From Eledone cirrhosa (lineage: Eukaryota), in assembly GCA_964016885.1 (NCBI GenBank), contig OZ024761.1, forward strand, positions 19,282,001 to 19,346,000: 64,000 nucleotides of DNA, in the 5' to 3' direction. Shown here in pieces: positions 57,160 to 64,000 of the stretch; the first letter of the stretch is position 1; each line of letters opens with the position of its first letter. Below the pieces are notes generated by a model. The model was not told the DNA's origin. It searched no databases and saw only the letters and a program-made list of their open reading frames with translations. The position numbers were made by a program, and so were the translations under genes.

Positions 57160-58585
57160 CTGTAACCTTGTAGGAGGCCAGCTAAATCTACTACATAGTT
57201 ATGAGCTGTAACCTCGTAGAGGCCAGTTAAACCTACATTGTTGTGAACTGTAACCTCATAGGAGACCAGTTAAACCTACTACATTGTTGTGAACTGTAAC
57301 CTCATAGGAGACCAGTTAAACCTACATTGTTGTGAACTGTAACCTCATAGGAGGCCAGTTAAACCTACATTGTTGTGAACTGTAACCTCATAGGAGGCCA
57401 GTTAAACCTACATTGTTGTGAACTGTAACCTCATAGGAGGCCAGTTAAACCTACATTGTTGTGAACTGTAACCTCATAGGAGGCCAGTTAAACCTACATT
57501 GTTGTGAACTGTAACCTCATAGGAGGCCAGTTAAACCTACATTGTTGTGAACTGTAACCTCATAGGAGGCCAGTTAAACCTACATTGTTGTGAGCTGTTA
57601 CCTCATAGGAGGCCAGTTAAACCTACATTGTTGTGAACTGTAACCTCATAGGAGGCCAGTTAAACCTACATTGTTGTGAACTGTAACCTCATAGGAGGCC
57701 AGTTAAACCTACATTGTTGTGAACTGTAACCTCATAGGAGGCCAGTTAAACCTACATTGTTGTGAACTGTAACCTCATAGGAGGCCAGTTAAACCTACAT
57801 TGTTGTGAGCTGTTACCTCGTAGGAGACCAGTTAAACCTACATTGTTGTGAGCTGTTACCTCGTAGGAGACCAGTTAAACCTACATTGTTGTGAACTGTA
57901 ACCTCATAGGAGACCAGTTAAACCTACATTGTTGTGAGCTGTTACCTCGTAGGAGACCAGTTAAACCTACATTGTTGTGAGCTGTTACCTTGTAGGAGAC
58001 CAGTTAAACCTACATTGTTGTGAGCTGTTACCTCGTAGGAGGCCAGTTAAACCTACATTGTTGTGAGCTGTTACCTCATAGGAGACCAGTTAAACCTACA
58101 TTGTTGTGAGCTGTTACCTCGTAGGAGACCAGTTAAACCTATATTGTTGTGAGCTGTTACCTCGTAGGAGACCAGTTAAACCTACATTGTTGTGAGCTGT
58201 TACCTCGTAGGAGACCAGTTAAACCTACATTGTTGTGAGCTGTTACCTCGTAGGAGACCAGTTAAACCTACATTGTTGTGAGCTGTTACCTCGTAGGAGA
58301 CCAGTTAAACCTACATTGTTGTGAGCTGTTACCTCATAGGAGACCAGTTAAACCTATATTGTTGTGAGCTGTTACCTCGTAGGAGACCAGTTAAACCTAC
58401 ATTGTTGTGAGCTGTTACCTCGTAGGAGACCAGTTAAACCTACATTGTTGTGAGCTGTTACCTCGTAGGAGACCAGTTAAACCTACATTGTTGTGAGCTG
58501 TAACCTCATAGGAGACCAGTTAAACCTACATTGTTGTGAGCTGTAACCTCGTAGGAGACCAGTTAAACCTACATAGTTATGAGCT
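57160..58585. repeat. 43-bp minisatellite, ~33 copies
   Basis: Unit aaacctacattgttgtgaactgtaacctcataggaggccagtt (57361, 57404...). Confidence 0.95.
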
Positions 58586-59386
58586 ATATATTTCATTTCA
58601 CCTTCATACATACATACATACATACATACATACATACATGTATGCAGAAGAGCCCCAGTCCATCACCTTCACACTACATTTCTTTTATTTTGAAAAAGGG
58701 ATCCTAGCTCCGAAATATGAGATATAAGGTAAAAGTGCAAACTAAGTGTGTGTGTGTGTGTGTGTGGATTGGTGTTAATAACATTCCTCATTTCCTTATG
58801 TAACTACAGTAACTACATGGACAAGTGGTTAGCACTGGTCCCGGCTTTAATCTCTGTCTTGCTTGCTTCCTCCTCCTCCTCCTCTTTGGTGTGAATAGGC
58901 TTGTACTGGTGGTCTGTGTGTGTGGGTATAGCTATGTGTATGTATACATGTGTGTGTGTATGGATATGTGTGTGTGTGTATGCATATACACACATATACA
59001 TATACATGGGTGGGTGTGTGTACATATGTGTGTGGGTATAGATATGTGTATGTATATATACATGTATGTATGTATACATGTGTATATGGATATATGTATA
59101 TGTGTGTATACATATACACACATACATACATATACATGGGTGGGTGTGTGTACATATATATGTGCGTATATATGTGTGTGTATATCATTTAATGTGTGGG
59201 TATAGATATGTGTATGTATGTATACATGTGTATGTATGTATATATATATATATATGATTGTGTGTGTATACATATACATGGGTGGGTGGGTGTACATATA
59301 TATGTGTATATATATGTATGTGTGTATATCATTTAATGTCCGTTTTCCCTGCTAGCAAAATACATACATACATACACAGCTACATA

Positions 59387-59420
<34 letters not shown>

Positions 59421-61490
59421 ATCACCATCACCACCACCATCATCATTAAGCAGTTGGGAGAAGGTGGTGGCAGCGTTGGTGGTTTAAATAACGGTAGTAG
59501 GCTAAATATAAAGAAAAAAAAAGCTGTAATTAATAATTTTCTTGTTTCCACCTTGAGAAGAATTATAAGCCTGTTGATTATTATTGTTATTATTTGTTTG
59601 TTTTGCTTAGCTCTTAATTGTTACTGATCGATTATCAGCTGATCGTGTATGTGTGTGAAATACATGTATGTGTGTAATATGTGTTACATATATACACACA
59701 CACTCGTATCCACACAAACATACACAGTTACTAAACTGTTTGTCAGTTGTATCTGTAAATTTTGACCCTAGTTCCTTATCTCAATTTTTTTATTTATATA
59801 TTACTATCATCCTATATTGTCATATATGTATGTATATATATCTATAGTTCATTACAGAAGGGGCTTTGTTTATGCTGGGGTCCCTTCCTCCTGAATAAAA
59901 CCAACGAAGAAAAAAAAACATTTTGTCATGGTACCAACTCATATGTATATATGGGGGGAATGTTTATGCATACGAGGGTCGACTGAAAAGTTCATAAGCT
60001 CACCAAGATACTCTCCTGGAATGACCAAATGAGGTTTATTTTTCAACATAGTCTCTGGAAAGAAACTATGCAGTTATTAAGAAGAGTTGAAATTAGTGCA
60101 TGCAAGATTTCTCAGCTCTAATATCAGTCAGCCTTGTACTATATTTTACAGTATTTGCTCCAGAATACTCAGCTAAAAGTGAGCACCAGCAGTGGCTGGG
60201 GGTTTAATCCTGTAATAGACTGGTGTCCTGTGCAGTGGGTCGGCTTGTACTCTCAGTTGCTTAACACCACAGAAAGCTGGATAAACACCAACATGATGAG
60301 CCTCCGGGCTCGAGACAGACTTTAACCATGTGATGAACTGATGTTCTGTCCAAGGGGAAGTCTTGCAGACTTTAACCATGTGATGAACTGATGTTCTGTC
60401 CAAGGGGAAGTCTTGTACTCTGTCACTTAACGCCATGGAAACCTGGATAAGCACTGGTCTGATGAGCTCCAGGCTTGAGGCAGTCTTTAGACTTTAGATA
60501 AATAGGTAGTTTTGTATCATAGATTCAGGGGTCAGATTCAGGCAGTTTGGTATCAAAAGGCCTAAATGAAACAAAAATTGCTTTAAATTGAGAATTTATT
60601 CTTCAATAAAAGTCTAGTGGAGTGATTCTCTATAAATAGATTTTCTTGTGGGACTTGTGTCTATATTTAACAGATAATCCTTACAATCATAATCTATACT
60701 ATAATAAAAGTCAGTTTGTATATAGAAACAATGAAACAAAATTTGCTTTAACCCTTTAGCATTTAAACTGGCCATATCCGGCTAGAATGTTCACCTCTTT
60801 CTGTTCAAACCAGTCATAACCGGTTGCTCTTACTTATAAATAATATCAAAATCTAGTAGATTCGATATTATGTGAGATAAAGCCTTTACCATGAAAATAC
60901 AATAGTAAATATAGAGTAATGTAAATGCAAAAGTGTTAAAGAGAGAATATATCCGTATTTTGTTTTAGAGTACCAAGTTATATTTTCAGTTTTTCCCTGT
61001 GGAAACCCCTCAAGTGAAACCAGTGTAATATTCACCTCTAAAGTGAATCTGGTGTAATATTCACCTCCACAGCGACTCATTTACGTAGAATTTTGAAGTT
61101 GGGAAAAATCTGAAAATATTGACCTTGAGTATAATCAGACTCCACATTTTATCATCAATTTTGTTTCTGTCACATATTTCTCAGCTTATATAAGAGTATA
61201 TAGTGAATTTCAGTACCAGAAGGCACGAGGAAGAAAGATGCTCTGGTATTTTTTATAGTATTTTAATATTTTTTAATGACACCTATTCCATATATATATA
61301 TATAAGAGGGTGGTGGGTTGGCAGTATTGGTAGAACGTCGGACAACATGCTGTGTATAGCATATAGCTATGTCCTTTTACATTCTGAGTTCAAATCCTGA
61401 TGAGGTTAACTTTGTCTTACATCCATATGAGGTCGATTTAATTGACTTTCTCCTCCCCCACAATTGTTGGCCTTGTGCCTAAATAAGAGA

Positions 61491-61527
<37 letters not shown>

Positions 61528-63158
61528 CGTCATAATTTATGTGCTTTCCATGCTAGCATGAGTTGAATGGGTTGTCTCAGTTTGAGATTATACTGGTCGG
61601 AGGATCACATTGTACCCGTACATTTGAAATTTGACATGGGTTGTCACAGACCAAGTCAGTACTTAATTAGAGCTACTGATCCCTCAGATGAGCTGGGGTG
61701 GAACTGCTTCTTGCTTACAAACTTTCCTCACACTCTACAGAATGCATCAGGTGCATTTTATCATGGCACCAGCACTAGGGAGGATTTCATATCTTCAACA
61801 CAGTTGAAGAGTCCTCTCTACCCCCTTTGTACTGGTTGTGTTTATCATATCGAGAGCCAATATCTCTCTTCCTGAGCAATGGTATAATAAAAAGGATGTC
61901 TTTCATTAAAAGATGTTATCTTCTGAAACCTACTCTTGACTCCCAAATAATATGGGGGTGGGTGGAATAAGTGGAGTGGTTGGAAAAGGTAATTTTTCTA
62001 GGTTGTCTCCATTGATTTAAAAAAAAAAAAAATTAGTTTTTTAGTTAACATATTGAGGCCCCCAACCTATCCTATTTATTTTATAACATATTGGATTTTT
62101 GGTAATGTACTTTTTTTCTCATGTTTAATGTTTTTTAATGTATAAAGAAAATTATTGCAGGAATGCTACTACTTTCATTGAAGGGTGAGGGGAATCTGAA
62201 AAATTAATAAGCTGGGGAAGGGGAATGATTATTTTAGATCTGAGAGTACTTTGGGAGAACTCTGGTGGTCTAGAGAATGAAAATATAGAAATTGAGACAG
62301 TAAAATTATAAAATGAAGGCCGTGAATGTCTTGGCTGGCCTAAAAACAACAGATTTTTAGAGGACAACACAAGCTCTCTCTGTTGTAGTGTGTAACTGAG
62401 TGTGTGTACATGTTCTTCTCTTTGTTTTTATTTTATTTTCTGTCTGACATTTCTTTTCATTGATTTGGTTCCTTTGTAAATCATTAGTCTCCATTATTCA
62501 ATTAGAGGCATCAAATTGGTGGTTGTTAAAAAATGTCGGGTAGAATGCTTTTGTGGCATTTGTTTTGGCTTTCTCTGGCTTTGAGTTCAAATCTTGCCGA
62601 GGTCAACTTTGCCTTTCATTCTTTCGAGGTTGATAAAAGTACCAGTCATGATTTTATTTCCACTATCACTCCCTCTTTATCTATCTCTCCTCTATCTCTA
62701 TTTCTATCTTTATCTCTCTCCACCCTAGCTCCCCACCTCTCTTTCTCTCTCTATCAATCTCTCTCTCTTATCTCTGTCAATCTCTACATATATTTATTTA
62801 TTTATCTCTATTAATCTCTCTCTGTCAATTTGCCCCCCCCCCCATCCCTCTTTCTCTGTCTCTCTCTCTCTATATATCTCTCTCTCATGGTCATATCCTG
62901 CTGAAAACACCGGTTCTTGGCTCATCCCTCTCTCTTTCACTGAAGAAATGGGCTGCCTTCAAACCTGGTTTAATTGTACAGTGGTGCCTGACGAACCCAT
63001 TGATGGATTATTCATTTTATATAAATAGTATTTATGTTCTAAGATAGTGACATTTGGGTTCTTTACTTGGGCTTCTTAGTTTCAATGGTGATTTGTAGGC
63101 TAAGTTAATTTGACTTTGAGCTTATCTATCTAGATATGTATATGCATGTACGTATGAG

Positions 63159-63201
<43 letters not shown>

Positions 63202-64000
63202 GGTCTTGGAAGAAGGACCACTGTAGTAGAGGATGGTGGGTTTGGTTGGTTGCTAGGATTCAGTGTTTGTTTGCTGTGGTGGTTTAAAAATGAGGTCACT
63301 TTGGAAGACGGAGTGGAGTTACAAACTACATATTACTTCTACTCTTCTACTTGTTTCAGCACTCAGGCTGTGGCCATGTTAGAGCAACTTGTCTCATAGT
63401 TGTTGTTGCCTAGTCCTAGGCCAACTCTGGGCATCGAGCAAAACCTCTGTCTTCTTGGCAAATTTTTGTTGTAGTGGTCAGGGTGGTGGTGGTAGTTGTG
63501 GTAGTGGTTGGTGGTCTCTTTAATGGAATCCATTCTTTTGCAGACATTCAGGCCAAGTTTCTGGTTTGAGGTTACCTTCTTTCCTTTCATAAATTAGACC
63601 CCCCTCTCTTTTTTTCTTTTTTTTCCTCCCCATAGTCCGACCCTTGCTAGCAGGGATAATGTATGGTAAACTATGATTATAATTTTGTGTTCCATGAATT
63701 TTAAGGGAACATTTTTTTAATGTTTGTGAGAGCATAGTGCTAGTGTGACAGGCTGACAAAAAAAATCCAGTCCAGTTATTATATATAGATTAATATAAGG
63801 TTGGCTATTGGTTAGGTTTGATAGGATCAATTGACTGTTTTCTCTCCAAGCAGCTCTCTCTCTTTCTTCCTCCCTCTCTTCTTTTCTCTACTTACCTCTC
63901 TCTCCAAGCAGCTCTCTCTTTCTCTTACTCCCTCTCTCTCCCTCCATAGCAGTTGGCAGTTTAGAAAAACATGGCTTTAAAGCTAATTGCAATAATAATA

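Noticed and set aside
57160-58585. CRISPR array candidate
   Set aside because: No unique spacers; plain tandem repeat
60170-60492. CTGATGA at ~60458 as a hammerhead
   Set aside because: Not followed by stem II and GAAA; part of a duplicated SINE-like tail

Overview
AT-rich, microsatellite-laden animal genomic DNA. The SINE types and (AT)n/(CA)n/(CAT)n load suggest a cephalopod, probably octopus (inference). Two spliced minus-strand genes can be assembled. One is LRPAP1/RAP, with six coding exons from 18188 to 275; its last exon lies left of the window and exon 3 has an apparent 1-nt frameshift. The other is a CISD2-type CDGSH 2Fe-2S gene with three exons (30261-23114). The remainder is tRNA-derived SINEs, a 5'-truncated CR1/L2-group LINE, RTE-type 3' fragments, hAT, piggyBac and Tc1-mariner-type MITEs, and several minisatellites; no coding gene can be supported right of ~30.3 kb. 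The least explained signal is a set of short, ORF-less elements, mostly in (AT)n tracts, that carry hammerhead-ribozyme cores (CTGANGA...GAAA...NUH). They fall into about four sequence families, often arranged as inverted pairs or near-perfect palindromes, which fits non-autonomous Penelope-like or retrozyme-type elements. One well-formed copy is in sense orientation in LRPAP1 intron 1. Both genes also have intronic tandem repeats that grew out of their own splice sites. All folds and alignments were done by eye.
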